The notes: generated from the letters alone by a model not told the origin. DNA of 63,288 nucleotides, filler included, from Octopus bimaculoides (GCF_001194135.2; 5 parts of 4 records of this genome joined end to end with filler, not necessarily neighbours in it); one strand, 5' to 3'. Positions 1 through 13,773 are shown, counted from the whole stretch's first letter. Numbers and translations: made by a program.

Positions 1-104
1 ATATTCAGAACTCTGAAAAACTCCGGTACAAATTTTTCATGGCTTAAGGTTCAAAACGTTGCTTACTTTTTACTCAACCTGATATACATACATACATACA
101 TACA

Positions 105-140
<36 letters not shown>

Positions 141-672
141 TGTTTTTTGATCATAGATCTTCTAGATCAAGGCTGAACTAGGGTTAAACAAAAACGGACA
201 CAGCACCAACGACAACAACAACGGTAATTACTAAAAACGGACAATATAGGTAGAGCTCAGCGTAAATGTATGCAAGATGTGAAAGCAGGATCTCAAAGTT
301 CTTTTATTTGGCCATCGTGCGTAATTTCATTTTGATGGCGAGTATTACATTCAATGTCTGTAGGTTAAGTGACATCCGATCGCCTAAAACCAATAGAGGC
401 GACTGTGCTTTTCGTATAAACGACAGCGGACATACAAAGTTTGACGGGGTTCTTCGACAGAAGGGGTGGGCAATATGGGAGGAGGGGGCGTTGATGTGAC
501 GGGGCAATGTGTCCGGCTTAAAATCAAACGAACAAAGCGAAAAACCCATTGTTTGTGCGCGGATGTGATTCTATATATGATGTCCGTCTGTATATCTCAA
601 CGCTTCAGTGTCTATACATGTTTATGTCTTGATGTGTATGTATGTATGTATGTATGACTATGTATGACTATG

Positions 673-703
<31 letters not shown>

Positions 704-925
704 GTATGTAAGTGTGTATGTATGACTATATATGTATATATGTAAGTATGTATGTGTGTATCTATGAACGAATGTACATATATGTGCATTCATGAATGTA
801 CGTAAGAGCGTACGTCTGCATGTATGTTTGTATGTATGTGAGTGTGTATCTATGAACACATTCACATACACACACATAATCGTACACACACATAATCATA
901 CACACACACATCTAATGTATGCGCA

Positions 926-982
<57 letters not shown>

Positions 983-1414
983 TAGCATATATATTTAAAC
1001 ATGTCTGTATAAAATTGTTTACGACTCACCACCTTAAGTATCGTAGCGTGCTCTTAACACACTCCCTCTCTTTTTCTCTCTACATCTATACGGCATTCTA
1101 TCCTTGAGTATGTACATGTGTGTGTGTACATACATTTATAAAGATATATTTATAAAAATATGTTTTTCAACATATACATATATATATAGCCATACACATA
1201 TACGCATATATATCTATATATAACCATATACATACACGCACATGCAAATTCGCATTGCATGCACACAGAAATGTGCGCATGGCATGTGAGTTCCATTATT
1301 GAAATTATAAATTTGTTTTTATTCAAAACTAAATTAAGGAAAAAACAAATACTTCAAAGCACGCACGCACGCACAAACACACACGCACACACGTCCATAT
1401 ATGTATACATTTTT

Positions 1415-1603
1415 TTTTATTGCCCACAGGAGGCTAAACACAAAGGGGACAAACAAAGACAGATAAAGGGATTACGTCGATTACATCGATCCCAGTGTGT
1501 ATCTGGTACTTATTTAATCGACCCCCCCCCCCCCGAAAGGATGAACGGCAGAGTCGACCTCGGCTGAATTTGAACTCAGAAAGTAGCGACGGGCGAAATA
1601 CCG
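1415..1603 (-). mobile_element. tRNA-derived SINE, family B (GCCTTTCATCCTTTCGGGGTCGATAAATTAAGTACCAG core), runs into gap
   Basis: Reverse complement matches the copies at 58483-58910 and 27573-27880 (core plus ...AGCC(C)CTTGTGGGCAATAAA tail). Core resembles, from memory, the Meta domain of MetaSINEs; name unverified. Confidence 0.85.
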
Positions 1604-2510
1604 NNNNNNNNNNNNNNNNNNNNNNNNNNNNNNNNNNNNNNNNNNNNNNNNNNNNNNNNNNNNNNNNNNNNNNNNNNNNNNNNNNNNNNNNNNNNNNNNN
1701 NNNNNNNNNNNNNNNNNNNNNNNNNNNNNNNNNNNNNNNNNNNNNNNNNNNNNNNNNNNNNNNNNNNNNNNNNNNNNNNNNNNNNNNNNNNNNNNNNNNN
1801 NNNNNNNNNNNNNNNNNNNNNNNNNNNNNNNNNNNNNNNNNNNNNNNNNNNNNNNNNNNNNNNNNNNNNNNNNNNNNNNNNNNNNNNNNNNNNNNNNNNN
1901 NNNNNNNNNNNNNNNNNNNNNNNNNNNNNNNNNNNNNNNNNNNNNNNNNNNNNNNNNNNNNNNNNNNNNNNNNNNNNNNNNNNNNNNNNNNNNNNNNNNN
2001 NNNNNNNNNNNNNNNNNNNNNNNNNNNNNNNNNNNNNNNNNNNNNNNNNNNNNNNNNNNNNNNNNNNNNNNNNNNNNNNNNNNNNNNNNNNNNNNNNNNN
2101 NNNNNNNNNNNNNNNNNNNNNNNNNNNNNNNNNNNNNNNNNNNNNNNNNNNNNNNNNNNNNNNNNNNNNNNNNNNNNNNNNNNNNNNNNNNNNNNNNNNN
2201 NNNNNNNNNNNNNNNNNNNNNNNNNNNNNNNNNNNNNNNNNNNNNNNNNNNNNNNNNNNNNNNNNNNNNNNNNNNNNNNNNNNNNNNNNNNNNNNNNNNN
2301 NNNNNNNNNNNNNNNNNNNNNNNNNNNNNNNNNNNNNNNNNNNNNNNNNNNNNNNNNNNNNNNNNNNNNNNNNNNNNNNNNNNNNNNNNNNNNNNNNNNN
2401 NNNNNNNNNNNNNNNNNNNNNNNNNNNNNNNNNNNNNNNNNNNNNNNNNNNNNNNNNNNNNNNNNNNNNNNNNNNNNNNNNNNNNNNNNNNNNNNNNNNN
2501 NNNNNNNNNN

Positions 2511-2835
2511 CAACGGAACAGCCTGCTCGTGAAATTAACGTGCAAGTGGCTGAGCACTCCACAGACACGTGTACCCTTAACGTAGTTCTCGGGGATATTC
2601 AGCGTGACACGGCTGACCCTCTGAATTACAGGCACAACAGAAACAGAAAGTAAGAGCGAGAGAAAGTTGTGGTGAAAGAGTACAGCAGGGTTCACCACCA
2701 TCCCCTGCCGGAACCTCGTGGAACTCTAGGTGTTTTCGCTCAATAAACACTCACAACGTCCGGTCTGGGAATCGAAACCGCGATCCTATGACCGCGAGTC
2801 CGCTGCCCTAACCACTGGGCCATTGCGCCTTCACT
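2511..2835 (-). mobile_element. tRNA-derived SINE, family A
   Basis: Reverse complement of the 13774-14155 copy; Pol III A box TGGCCCAGTGG and B box GGTTTCGATTCC on the minus strand. Confidence 0.9.
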
Positions 2836-2895
2836 ATGGCTTATCATAGATAATAAAATAACAATATACGTTGTGAAGCTTAATCGGCAATTAAT

Positions 2896-2927
<32 letters not shown>

Positions 2928-3804
2928 TGTGAGAGAGAGGAAAGCATGCAAATTGACATTCGTGGTTACATGTATATAAAAACACGTAGACACACAAACT
3001 CACATTAGTGGTTTTCTTCAAATCCGATCAGTTGTCTGAAAGACGTGACCGTTTCGTGTATTGCAAACTACTCCCCTCTTCTGCTGTCAATTAGCGATTG
3101 AAAGGCCAGGCCCATTGGAACTGAAAGACGTTTACCTGCGGCTTTAGAGGAGAGCACGTGAGCAAATCGTGTTGCATTACTCTCTTCCCCAGATCACCTG
3201 CCAATTCGTAGCGTGAACTTTTCAACATATATTTTCTGAGCGGGAAAAACGTGAGCTAACAAGCTGCGTATGTCTGAAGAGGGCCTTATTTTGCTTGGTT
3301 AAATAAAAGAGAACGACAGAAAGAAAAATGGAGAGAGAGAGACGAAGGTCGAAGATGCGGAAGAGAAAGAAATGCACATATGCAGAATGTGAGTGAGAGA
3401 GAGGAAATGTGAATGAGAAATTGAGGAAAGAAGAGAGTTGCCAAAGAAACTTGTGAAGAAAAAAATAGAAGGATGGAGATATATATAAAGGCAGAATAAA
3501 AAGAAGTTGGGGAATAAGGAGCAACAGAGAAAAGTACCAGGGTAAAAAAATTTTAAAAATAGAAGAAATCTGAATAATACGAGGGCACAGATAAGTTCGT
3601 ATTTTGGGGAAATAAAAAAAAATGATTATAGAGACAAATAAAACAACAATAAAAAAGACTGGTGTGTAACTCCATATGAGGTAAATATAAATATAAAGCG
3701 TCATTCATGTAAAACGAAAAATAATAGAAAAAAACCGGCTTATACACACACACACACACACACGCACACACACACATATATATGTATATATATGTTTATA
3801 TATA

Positions 3805-4026
3805 TAGGGGAGCTGAAAGGCTCTTGGCTTTAAGGATATCGTGAAAAGCCTGTTTGGAGACCTAATCTTCCGAGTTCTTTTATAGGGCTTAGAAAAACTG
3901 AAGGACTGCTGCAATAAGTGTGTGAATCTGAGAGGGGAATATGTTGAATAAGCTAAGCTCATAATTAACTGATCCTCCTGTATTTTCTTTTACCCAAAGC
4001 CAGGAAGTTTTCAGCACCCCCTCGTA
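3805..4026 (+). mobile_element. Mariner-derived MITE, copy 1
   Basis: Imperfect ~30-bp TIRs (GGGGAGCTGAAAGGCTCTTGGCTTT / AAAGCCAGGAAGTTTTCAGCACCCCCTCG) with TA at both ends. Internal frame GLEKLKDCCNKCVNLRGEYVE* is a typical mariner transposase C-terminus. Confidence 0.85.
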
Positions 4027-4056
4027 TACACACACACAATATACATTATATGTTTG

Positions 4057-4105
<49 letters not shown>

Positions 4106-5436
4106 ATACATTATTTTAACGATAACAACAGCAATTACAACAATAGCAAAATACTCTGAGATATAGAGATCTTTTTCTCTAAATAGATTACCAGTAGGCA
4201 ACACCATCTAAGTCCTCTTAAACAGCCACTCAGTAGAATAGCATTGCGCTAACAGTAGCTTGTCAGGGGAAATTAGAAACTTTACAAGACGAATCGAGAT
4301 GTTTGAATACGAAGAGAAAACAGAGGCAGATAAAACGAGTGAAATGGAGACAGGGACAGAGAAAACCTAATAGACATAGCGAAAGAGAAAAGGGGGAAGG
4401 AAGAAAAAGGAGGGAAAGAAGGAGAAAAAACAACAAACATAATACAGATATTTGAAAAGAAACGGCGCGAATGGTGTTTAAATTGTTTAGATTGACTCAA
4501 TTAAATTGGTTCCGCTGTCTCAGTGTTCATTTATCTCTCAATTGTAAAGCGACGTTTTACAAGGAGCAGGTAATTATATGCTGGACCGGTATTAAGACTA
4601 ACGGACGTTTCGTTTCGTAACAAAAGACCAGTATCGGCCAACAATTGGTTCGACATTATCCGAGAGATGTGAGCATTGTGTGAGGTTCCTACACAAATGT
4701 ACATACGTCCCAATGTACACTTTAATCAGATGTTGAAACGCGAAAAGTGAGTTCCAGCTATTATGTTATTATAGAATTGGACAGACAACCAGAAATAAAA
4801 TGCCAACAATTCCGAAATGCAAATATGGTAAAAATGAGAAAAACGAATTATATATATATATATATATNNNNNNNNNNNNNNNNNNNNNNNNNNNNNNNNN
4901 NNNNNNNNNNNNNNNNNNNNNNNNNNNNNNNNNNNNNNNNNNNNNNNNNNNNNNNNNNNNNNNNNNNNNNNNNNNNNNNNNNNNNNNNNNNNNNNNNNNN
5001 NNNNNNNNNNNNNNNNNNNNNNNNNNNNNNNNNNNNNNNNNNNNNNNNNNNNNNNNNNNNNNNNNNNNNNNNNNNNNNNNNNNNNNNNNNNNNNNNNNNN
5101 NNNNNNNNNNNNNNNNNNNNNNNNNNNNNNNNNNNNNNNNNNNNNNNNNNNNNNNNNNNNNNNNNNNNNNNNNNNNNNNNNNNNNNNNNNNNNNNNNNNN
5201 NNNNNNNNNNNNNNNNNNNNNNNNNNNNNNNNNNNNNNNNNNNNNNNNNNNNNNNNNNNNNNNNNNNNNNNNNNNNNNNNNNNNNNNNNNNNNNNNNNNN
5301 NNNNNNNNNNNNNNNNNNNNNNNNNNNNNNNNNNNNNNNNNNNNNNNNNNNNNNNNNNNNNNNNNNNNNNNNNNNNNNNNNNNNNNNNNNNNNNNNNNNN
5401 NNNNTGCTTTTCTCGCATTCGTATGTTGTTGTTGTT

Positions 5437-5474
<38 letters not shown>

Positions 5475-5629
5475 AGGGAGTGATGATGGTAGTAGCGGCG
5501 ATGAAGGTGTTATTGGTAATGTGGTGGTGGTGGTAGACGATACTGAGATGGTAGGAAACGTTAAAATAAAAGCAAGCACAGCAAAAGGGAATAATACACA
5601 AGTTCTCATTTTACGCACCACCACGGCAA

Positions 5630-6100
5630 GCAACACCAGTACTACCACCATCACCACCACCACCACCACCACCACCACCACCAGTACCACCATCACCACC
5701 ACAAACACTACCGCCGCTACCACCACCACCACCACCACAACCACCATCACCNNNNNNNNNNNNNNNNNNNNNNNNNNNNNNNNNNNNNNNNNNNNNNNNN
5801 NNNNNNNNNNNNNNNNNNNNNNNNNNNNNNNNNNNNNNNNNNNNNNNNNNNNNNNNNNNNNNNNNNNNNNNNNNNNNNNNNNNNNNNNNNNNNNNNNNNN
5901 NNNNNNNNNNNNNNNNNNNNNNNNNNNNNNNNNNNNNNNNNNNNNNNNNNNNNNNNNNNNNNNNNNNNNNNNNNNNNNNNNNNNNNNNNNNNNNNNNNNN
6001 NNNNNNNNNNNNNNCACCACCACCACCACCACCACCAGTACCACCATCACCACCACAAACACTACCGCCGCTACCACCACCACCACCACCACAACCGCTA
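5630..6100. repeat. (ACC/ACT)n degenerate trinucleotide repeat spanning a gap
   Basis: Seen directly; source of the poly-T/V/G ORFs. Confidence 0.95.
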
Positions 6101-6604
6101 TGAATAAAAGCAACGACGAGGATAAGGAAGACAACGAACACAACAACGATAATGACGACCAGTCACCAACTACCCAACCAGCCAGCCAAACAACCGACCG
6201 ACAAACCAGCCAACCAAATAACCAACCAACCAGCCAGCCAATCAGCCAGCCATCCACTCAATCAGTCCTGCAATTATAGAAAGTTTGGAGACGAGTAAAC
6301 AGAACGCAGTGGATAAAGATAATTAATGATTCTCAAGCAAAGATTAACGGATATCACCAACGCTTCTTCAATCACCCAACCGTCTTCTCTTTCGCCATCA
6401 TCTTCTCATTCTTGAGCAACACTATAATTTCATGTATATGAGAAGAAAAAGAAGGAAAAGAAGAAAGAGAAATAAGAATGACAGACACGATCGAGAGCAA
6501 TAGTGAAAAAGGAAGTAGAAAAATGACAAGAATAACAAAGATGTCAGCAATAAAATATTAGATGACATTACTGTTAGAAGACTTCGTGTTTCCTGAATTC
6601 TGCA

Positions 6605-8130
6605 ATGTATGTATGTATGTATGTATGTATGTATGTGTGTGTGTATGTGTGTATGTGTGTGTGTATGTGTGTGTATGTATGTATGTGTGTGTGTATGTAT
6701 GTATGTATCTGTGTGTGTGTATGTATGTATGCATGCATGTATGTATGTATTTATGTGTGTATGTATGTATGTATGTATGTATGTATGTAGAATGTATATA
6801 TACGGGGCTGTATATTTATAGATGNNNNNNNNNNNNNNNNNNNNNNNNNNNNNNNNNNNNNNNNNNNNNNNNNNNNNNNNNNNNNNNNNNNNNNNNNNNN
6901 NNNNNNNNNNNNNNNNNNNNNNNNNNNNNNNNNNNNNNNNNNNNNNNNNNNNNNNNNNNNNNNNNNNNNNNNNNNNNNNNNNNNNNNNNNNNNNNNNNNN
7001 NNNNNNNNNNNNNNNNNNNNNNNNNNNNNNNNNNNNNNNNNNNNNNNNNNNNNNNNNNNNNNNNNNNNNNNNNNNNNNNNNNNNNNNNNNNNNNNNNNNN
7101 NNNNNNNNNNNNNNNNNNNNNNNNNNNNNNNNNNNNNNNNNNNNNNNNNNNNNNNNNNNNNNNNNNNNNNNNNNNNNNNNNNNNNNNNNNNNNNNNNNNN
7201 NNNNNNNNNNNNNNNNNNNNNNNNNNNNNNNNNNNNNNNNNNNNNNNNNNNNNNNNNNNNNNNNNNNNNNNNNNNNNNNNNNNNNNNNNNNNNNNNNNNN
7301 NNNNNNNNNNNNNNNNNNNNNNNNNNNNNNNNNNNNNNNNNNNNNNNNNNNNNNNNNNNNNNNNNNNNNNNNNNNNNNNNNNNNNNNNNNNNNNNNNNNN
7401 NNNNNNNNNNNNNNNNNNNNNNNNNNNNNNNNNNNNNNNNNNNNNNNNNNNNNNNNNNNNNNNNNNNNNNNNNNNNNNNNNNNNNNNNNNNNNNNNNNNN
7501 NNNNNNNNNNNNNNNNNNNNNNNNNNNNNNNNNNNNNNNNNNNNNNNNNNNNNNNNNNNNNNNNNNNNNNNNNNNNNNNNNNNNNNNNNNNNNNNNNNNN
7601 NNNNNNNNNNNNNNNNNNNNNNNNNNNNNNNNNNNNNNNNNNNNNNNNNNNNNNNNNNNNNNNNNNNNNNNNNNNNNNNNNNNNNNNNNNNNNNNNNNNN
7701 NNNNNNNNNNNNNNNNNNNNNNNNNNNNNNNNNNNNNNNNNNNNNNNNNNNNNNNNNNNNNNNNNNNNNNNNNNNNNNNNNNNNNNNNNNNNNNNNNNNN
7801 NNNNNNNNNNNNNNATGTATGTATGCATGCATGTATGTATGTATCTATGTGTGTATGTATGTATGTATGTGTGTGTGTATGTGTGTGTGTATGTATGTAT
7901 GTGTGTGTATGTATGTATGTATCTGTGTGTGTGTATGTATGTATGTATGTATGTATGTGTGTATGCATGCATGTATATATGTATTTATGTGTGTATGTAT
8001 GCATGATGCATGCATGTATGTATGTATGTATGTATGTATGTATGTATGTATGTGTGTGTGTATGCATGTATGCATGCATGTATGTATGTATTTATGTGTG
8101 TATGTATGTATGTATGTATGTATGTATGTA
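6605..8130. repeat. (TATG)n/(TG)n compound microsatellite spanning a gap
   Basis: Seen directly. Confidence 0.95.
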
Positions 8131-8447
8131 GAATGTATATATACGGGGCTGTATATTTATAGATGTACGTATGCAAAATGTATGTATAGGATGCTGCAAT
8201 GGATGTATAAACGATGTCTTGTTTACTTCTGTGAGATGATGCTTCTGTGTGTCTGTTTTATAACAGCTTTATTTAATCAATGTCCATGTTTAATCTAAGT
8301 CCTTATGTGTTATGTAAACTGCGTCATCGAATATATTAAAATACCAATATCAATTATTGCAATACACACACACATATCCATGCATAAATAATTGTATAAA
8401 TATGTACACACTTACACATAGATGTAGTATATATATANNNNNNNNNN

Positions 8448-8553
8448 CTTTCGGGGTCGATAAATTAAGTACCAATTACGTACTGGGGTCGATCTAACCG
8501 ACTAGCCCCCTCCCCAAAAATTTCGGGCCTTATGCCTAGAGTAAGAAAGAATA
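8448..8553 (+). mobile_element. SINE family B, 3' fragment
   Basis: CTTTCGGGGTCGATAAATTAAGTACC...TGGGGTCGATCTAA...AAATTTCGGGCCTTATGCCTAGAGTA matches the other copies. Confidence 0.85.
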
Positions 8554-9416
8554 TTAAGGTTGAAGTGTTTCTTGCTATATTATGTTCAATATTGTATGGG
8601 AAGCTTATGATATTCTGTTGCATCATTTGTTGGGGACAGGAATAAGGAGGATCTGTTAACTTGTAAATCATTATTGTAGTTGGAAGAATATTTATTGATG
8701 ACTTCTTAAAAATCTATTGGAAGTGGTCTTCGTTATTATTACAGAATTTTACATTGCGCTTGCTGTATGGCTTATGTAATCTGCTATTTAAGTCAATTGA
8801 AGTTAGTAGTTAAAAATATTTAAGTCAACTGAAGTTAGTAGTTAATTGCTTTTGATTTTCTTAACCCGTCTTCCCTGTAAAGGCCAAAGTCCATTGTAAG
8901 AAATTACTTAGTGAGTACACCTAAGTTGCATAAACGTACAAGATCTGATACACCCACGTCATCTCATAACCAGATACTTCTGTCCAAAAAGTCCTTGGGC
9001 CACATACTTTTACTCAAAATTCTGGTATAACGATAAGCTTCTTCTGACAATTTTCTAACAAGTACATTTACATGGCTGTCGTCTGTTGTATTGTAGTTGT
9101 TATGAATTTCTAAGACGCTGCCCAATAATTTAATATTTTATTAATACTATTAAGAATCCCCTTATTAACTAATGCTCTCTCCAGTTATATGTGTTCATTA
9201 AATTGCATTTAGAGTAAGATACGAAGCTTTGCTTATAGCCCTTAATCGTTTCTTTACGGTCCTCAATTTCTAGTTTTCAGGTTTTCGTTATGTTTCTAAG
9301 GTGGCGAGATGGTAGAATCATTAGCGCGTCAGAAAACAATCCCTTACAGTCTTTGTTCTCATTCTTAACATTCTGAGTTCAAATCGTACTGAGATCAATT
9401 TTATCATCCATCTCTT

Positions 9417-9447
<31 letters not shown>

Positions 9448-9469
9448 TTATTATTATTATTATTATTAT

Positions 9470-9900
9470 CATTGAGTGAGAGAGCAGTGCATGCCATCAA
9501 AGTGACATTGGGGTAAAATATACGAAGCCCAGTAAACCCATCATGATTACCCGTCTGATAAGGATACACCAGGCACATGCATCACAACCATATGTGCGCG
9601 ACATCGTAATCTCATATCAAGATAAACAGCGCATGACCTTGCAGGTGCGCTCAAAATGTACCTGAATAAAGTTTGCTTAAGAATGTTGAATGAAACACCC
9701 ATGTGTCCTAAGGGGAATTATCCAAACCCCAAAGAATTCCTCTCAACACATGGCTATGATGTTCCCCCGACAACTTTTGATCGTGATCAGAGATGCACAT
9801 ATCGTCAGCCACTAAGGGACATGTTCAACTGGTTAAGGCGAAGCAACTGATAAGCAAATCTGTGGAATTGAGCAGAATATTCGCTGTAGCCCATCTTTTA
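9470..9900 (-). mobile_element. Probable interspersed repeat (possible non-LTR 3' end) ending in an (AAT)n(GAA)n tail
   Basis: Abuts an (AAT)n/(GAA)n tract at its minus-strand 3' end. I recall it as a common octopus repeat, but there is only one copy in this window. Confidence 0.35.
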
Positions 9901-9960
9901 TACTAAGACAAAATTATGCAAATTTAAGTGGTCGGCTCAAGAAACGAAGAATCACGTACA

Positions 9961-10128
9961 TATTCTTTTCCGCTCTAGGCACAAGGCTCGAAATTTTGGA
10001 GGAGGGCGCCAGTCGATTAGATCGACCCCAGTACGCAACTGGTACTTAATTTATCGACCCCGAAAAGATGAAAGGCAAAGTCGCCCTCGGCGGAATTTGA
10101 ACCCAGAACGTAAAAGACGAAATACCGC
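9961..10128 (-). mobile_element. SINE family B
   Basis: Reverse complement of the family B core and its type-2 tail. Confidence 0.85.
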
Positions 10129-10238
10129 AGATATATAATGCAGATATATAATTATATAGATATCATAATAATTAAGAGTACTGAGAAACAGCACCTAAAC
10201 GCTAGAAATAGACGTCAAATGACTCTAAAACCACATCT

Positions 10239-10294
<56 letters not shown>

Positions 10295-10309
10295 GTATAT
10301 ATACACTTT

Positions 10310-10682
10310 GATCTTAGCCAAAAGGCCGTGGAATCTGTTCTGCTCGCATTCGTCCAGTGCCTGATCATTACTGATTCGTAGACTTATGACGAAAAGCTGC
10401 TGTCGCAAGAAGTGTAGAGTGTTTAACAATGCTGAGCAAGGTATGTTCTACTTTTTGGTCGCTGGGGTTTAAAAGATTGCGTGTTGAACGTGAGATATAG
10501 TGTTGAGGATATTCACCGTACTCTTCGATCAAGACCCCATCGACTCTTTGAAGAACCCCAAAGAAAGAAAAGGTGGAGAAAAAGAAGGAAATGACTCCGT
10601 CACCACGTACAGAGAATTTGTCAAAAGTTGGGTGACACAAATGGTTAGGTTAAATGGAACTACTCTAATCATGTGCCTGTAG
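10310..10682 (+). mobile_element. Possible decayed 3' end of an L1/Tx1-clade LINE ORF2
   Basis: Stop-interrupted frame EQGMFYFLVAGV*K...EFVKSWVTQMVRLNGTTLIMCL* resembles, from memory only, the C-terminus of mollusc Tx1-like ORF2. Confidence 0.35.
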
Positions 10683-10989
10683 ATCGGAAACAACATGGTG
10701 GTGAATGCTCTAGCCTTGGTGGTCAGAGTGGTCTTGAATTTAATGGGTTCCTTTATTAGCCCTAGTTGAAGACTCGTTCCAGTACCAGGAGGACTGTTTT
10801 ATCCAGGTATTCACATATTTTATACGATTTGTAGTGGGTATACAAAAAAAAAAAAGATTGCGTAAAAAGGATGCATGGCATACAATATATATATGTGTGC
10901 CTGTGTGTGTCTGCGTGTGTTTCTCTGTGTGTGTATGTGTTTGTGTGTTTATGTATGTATGTATGTATGTACGTATGGGTAAATGTTTC

Positions 10990-11800
10990 ACATATGGCTT
11001 TCCTGGCGCATGCTTTGAACATTAAAACAGCCTTACCCAAGCGAATGCTTATTGCAGGCCCTTTGCAAAATGCAGAAATATGATCCATGATAATTTGTAT
11101 TGAAAGTAATTTACTAGTTGTCTACTTGGGCAGCACATTCAGCTGTTCTTATTCCTTTGATGATGAAATGTCTTTAAGGCTTCAGAAGGCAACTGATTCT
11201 TTTAATGCTCTAGATTCTCGTTTCTGGTCCCAACATGGCATCACAAGTCCTACGCGTATGTGCCGACGTCACTCCTTTACTCATGTATAACGTAGACTAT
11301 TTACAGGTTTCATGTAAGGTTTCTTGAACGTTTCCATCACAGATGTCTGATACACATTATGAATGTTAGCCGGTCCTTCTGGATTCCAGACACAGAGATC
11401 TTGAACGGAGCTGACGTCCTAAGCATTGATGGAATCGTGTACAAGTACCGTTTACGTTGGACTGAACACCTTGTTCGGATGAATGATCTTTGTTTGTAGA
11501 AAGCACTTCCAGCAGAAACCAAGACTACGATGGAAGGTTTGCGTAACGACTTCGTCGAAAGAATGTGAAATATGGGACGACAATTAGCAAAGTACTGCTT
11601 CTCATCGCTACCCATGGTGGAAACAAGTAAAGGAAGGAAGAGTATTTTCGAAAACAATATGCATTTTCCGTGTGGAATTTAAGCGAGCTGCTCGAAAACG
11701 CCAGTGTTGTGAATGGGGGAAACTTGTTCAGCAATATCTGCGGACGTATATGTTTATCAAGGGCTGAGATTATTAATCACCAGCGGAGTTATATGAGTAA
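10990..11800 (+). mobile_element. Decayed RTE-clade LINE, RT C-terminal region
   Basis: Frameshifted motifs YLGSTFS..FDDEMSLRLQKATDSF, LERFHHRCLIHIMNV, RLRWTEHLVRMND and terminal CGRICLSRAEIINHQRS are characteristic of RTE ORFs. Confidence 0.85.
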
Positions 11801-12615
11801 TCTATAAAATTTGTCTGGGAGAACAGAGTTCTTAATGGTCAGTGATGGTCATACTCGGTCACGAATGGACATCCATCATTACACACATAAACACGCAAAC
11901 ACACAGAGGCACACGCATACACACGCGCACACACACACGTACACAAACACGCAGATAAATATAGATTGGTAGTTATGGAGAGAGATTTATAAATACAAAC
12001 GTTTATATGTGTATACGAACATACACACATCTTCATACATATGTTCACACGCACGCATATGATAAAATGAAGAGGATAATTTTCTACAGGTGAAAGTATT
12101 TGGCTGAGCTTCTCTAATTTTCATTTATGATCACTCATATATCATCCTACGTACTTTTGTATCATTCGTGCAACTATATTTACTTGCTGTAGAGGCAAAA
12201 TTGACATTTTAGACAACGGAGATAATTGATTTCAGAGGGTAAATATTAATATATAAGAATCATAAATAAGAACGGTTTACGTTAGCATTGCTGAAATCAA
12301 TCTGTTTACAGAACCAAGTAAGTGGTGTTACTAATGAATTCATCTCACTGAGAAGACTCCAGAAAAAGCTTGTTTATTTAGTAATACTCAGTTTAAGTGG
12401 AATAATGTTGCTGATTCGGTACAATAAGTCAAGAATTATTGCACGCGAATTGATCTTTTACCTTCGTGATAACCTTCTCACTTGAAAGCTAAATGACACA
12501 CACTCGCACAAGCAATGCCCCCCACACACACACACACACTCACACGAACACACACACATATTTACATATATATGAACATACATACGTATGTTTATACAAA
12601 TCTGTGTATATGTAT

Positions 12616-12775
12616 ATAGGCGTGACCTTGTTTTAAGAAGCTTACTTCCGAACCACATGGTTCCGGGTTGAGTCCCAGTTTGTGTCACTTTGGGCAAGTG
12701 TTTCTACTATAGCCACAGGCCGATCAAAGCCTTCTGAGTAGATTTGGTGGGCGGAAACTGAAAAAAATCCCCTCG

Positions 12776-12859
<84 letters not shown>

Positions 12860-12996
12860 CATATATGTATGTATGTATGTATTTATGTATGTATGTATGT
12901 ATGTATGTATGCACGTATGTGTATGTGTGTTTGTGTGCGTCTGTCTGTCTTTGTGTCTGTGTTTGTCCCCTCCATCCTACAACCATCACTTGACGG
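12616..12996 (+). mobile_element. tRNA-derived SINE, family C (CORE-like, internal microsatellite)
   Basis: B-box-like GGTTGAGTCCC, CORE-like CTTTGGGCAAGTG, then GATTTGGTGGGCGGAAACTGAAA followed by (TA)n(TG)n. Matches 15905-16017, 41343-41770 and 59085-59402. Confidence 0.85.
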
Positions 12997-13287
12997 CTAA
13001 AGCTTTACTGGAATCAAAGAAACATTTTCAAAAGTGGCATCTAACACCGATAGGGACCTCGAAATAACTTGAGCTGGAGTGCCCATGGCTTGCATGCCTT
13101 GCTCTTCGAGTTAGAGTCGCTCGTACGATTATCATTCTCTTCTTTAGCCCCGCCCATTCTCTCCTTGAATATTGTTGCACCCCGTTGTCTCCCTCCATGA
13201 AACAAAATATTTTAAAAATTGAAGCACCCCAGAAATCAACCATAAAAAATTAGACGACATAACAGGTCTCGATTGTTGGTATCGTTA

Positions 13288-13480
13288 GGGCAGTGAACTG
13301 GCAGAATTGTTAGCACGCCGCGTGAAATGCTTACTGGTATTTCGTCTGCTGCTACGTTCTGAGTTCAAATTCCACCGAGGTCGACTTTGCCTTTCATCCT
13401 TTCGGGGTCGATAAATTAAGTACCAGTTGACTTGCCCCTTCCCCAAAAAATTTCAGGCCTTGTGCCTATAGTATAAAACA
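13288..13480 (+). mobile_element. SINE family B
   Basis: Head GGCAGTGAACTGGCAGAA, B box GAGTTCAAATTCC, family B core and tail. Confidence 0.85.
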
Positions 13481-13734
13481 TTATTAATATCGTTTCGAGA
13501 AGTTCAAACAATATTTCCTTCAATACCGCCCTGAGCACAATTTCATTTATATGACGTGGAGAATATTGCAAGAGCATTGCCCAAATGATTGCGTCACATG
13601 ACAACACTGAGACAGAACTATATCAGTTCAAGATACAAAAGAGAAGAAAACAAATATCATAATACTTAAACGGTTACTGGATGAATAGCTCCAACAAATT
13701 CCAAATAAACCACCTGTCTGTCTGTCTGTCTGTA

Positions 13735-13765
<31 letters not shown>

Positions 13766-13773
13766 ATGTATGT

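Noticed and set aside
266-549. Overlapping 77-aa and 81-aa ORFs in higher-GC sequence
   Set aside because: No recognisable motif or splice structure; possibly old repeat debris.
3586-3610. TACGAGGG...TCGTA resembling mariner TIR ends
   Set aside because: Too short, and the rest of the TIR is absent.
6605-8164. Identical unique sequence (GTAGAATGTATATATACGGGGCTGTATATTTATAGATG) on both sides of a gap; likewise 5640-5751 versus 6016-6097
   Set aside because: Most likely unmerged overlapping contig ends or haplotypes rather than a true tandem duplication.
1434-8298. Very long ORFs (300-578 aa) in the ORF track
   Set aside because: They consist of X from N gaps plus microsatellite translations (MYVC, HTYI, poly-T/V); not genes. 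The same applies to similar ORFs throughout the window.
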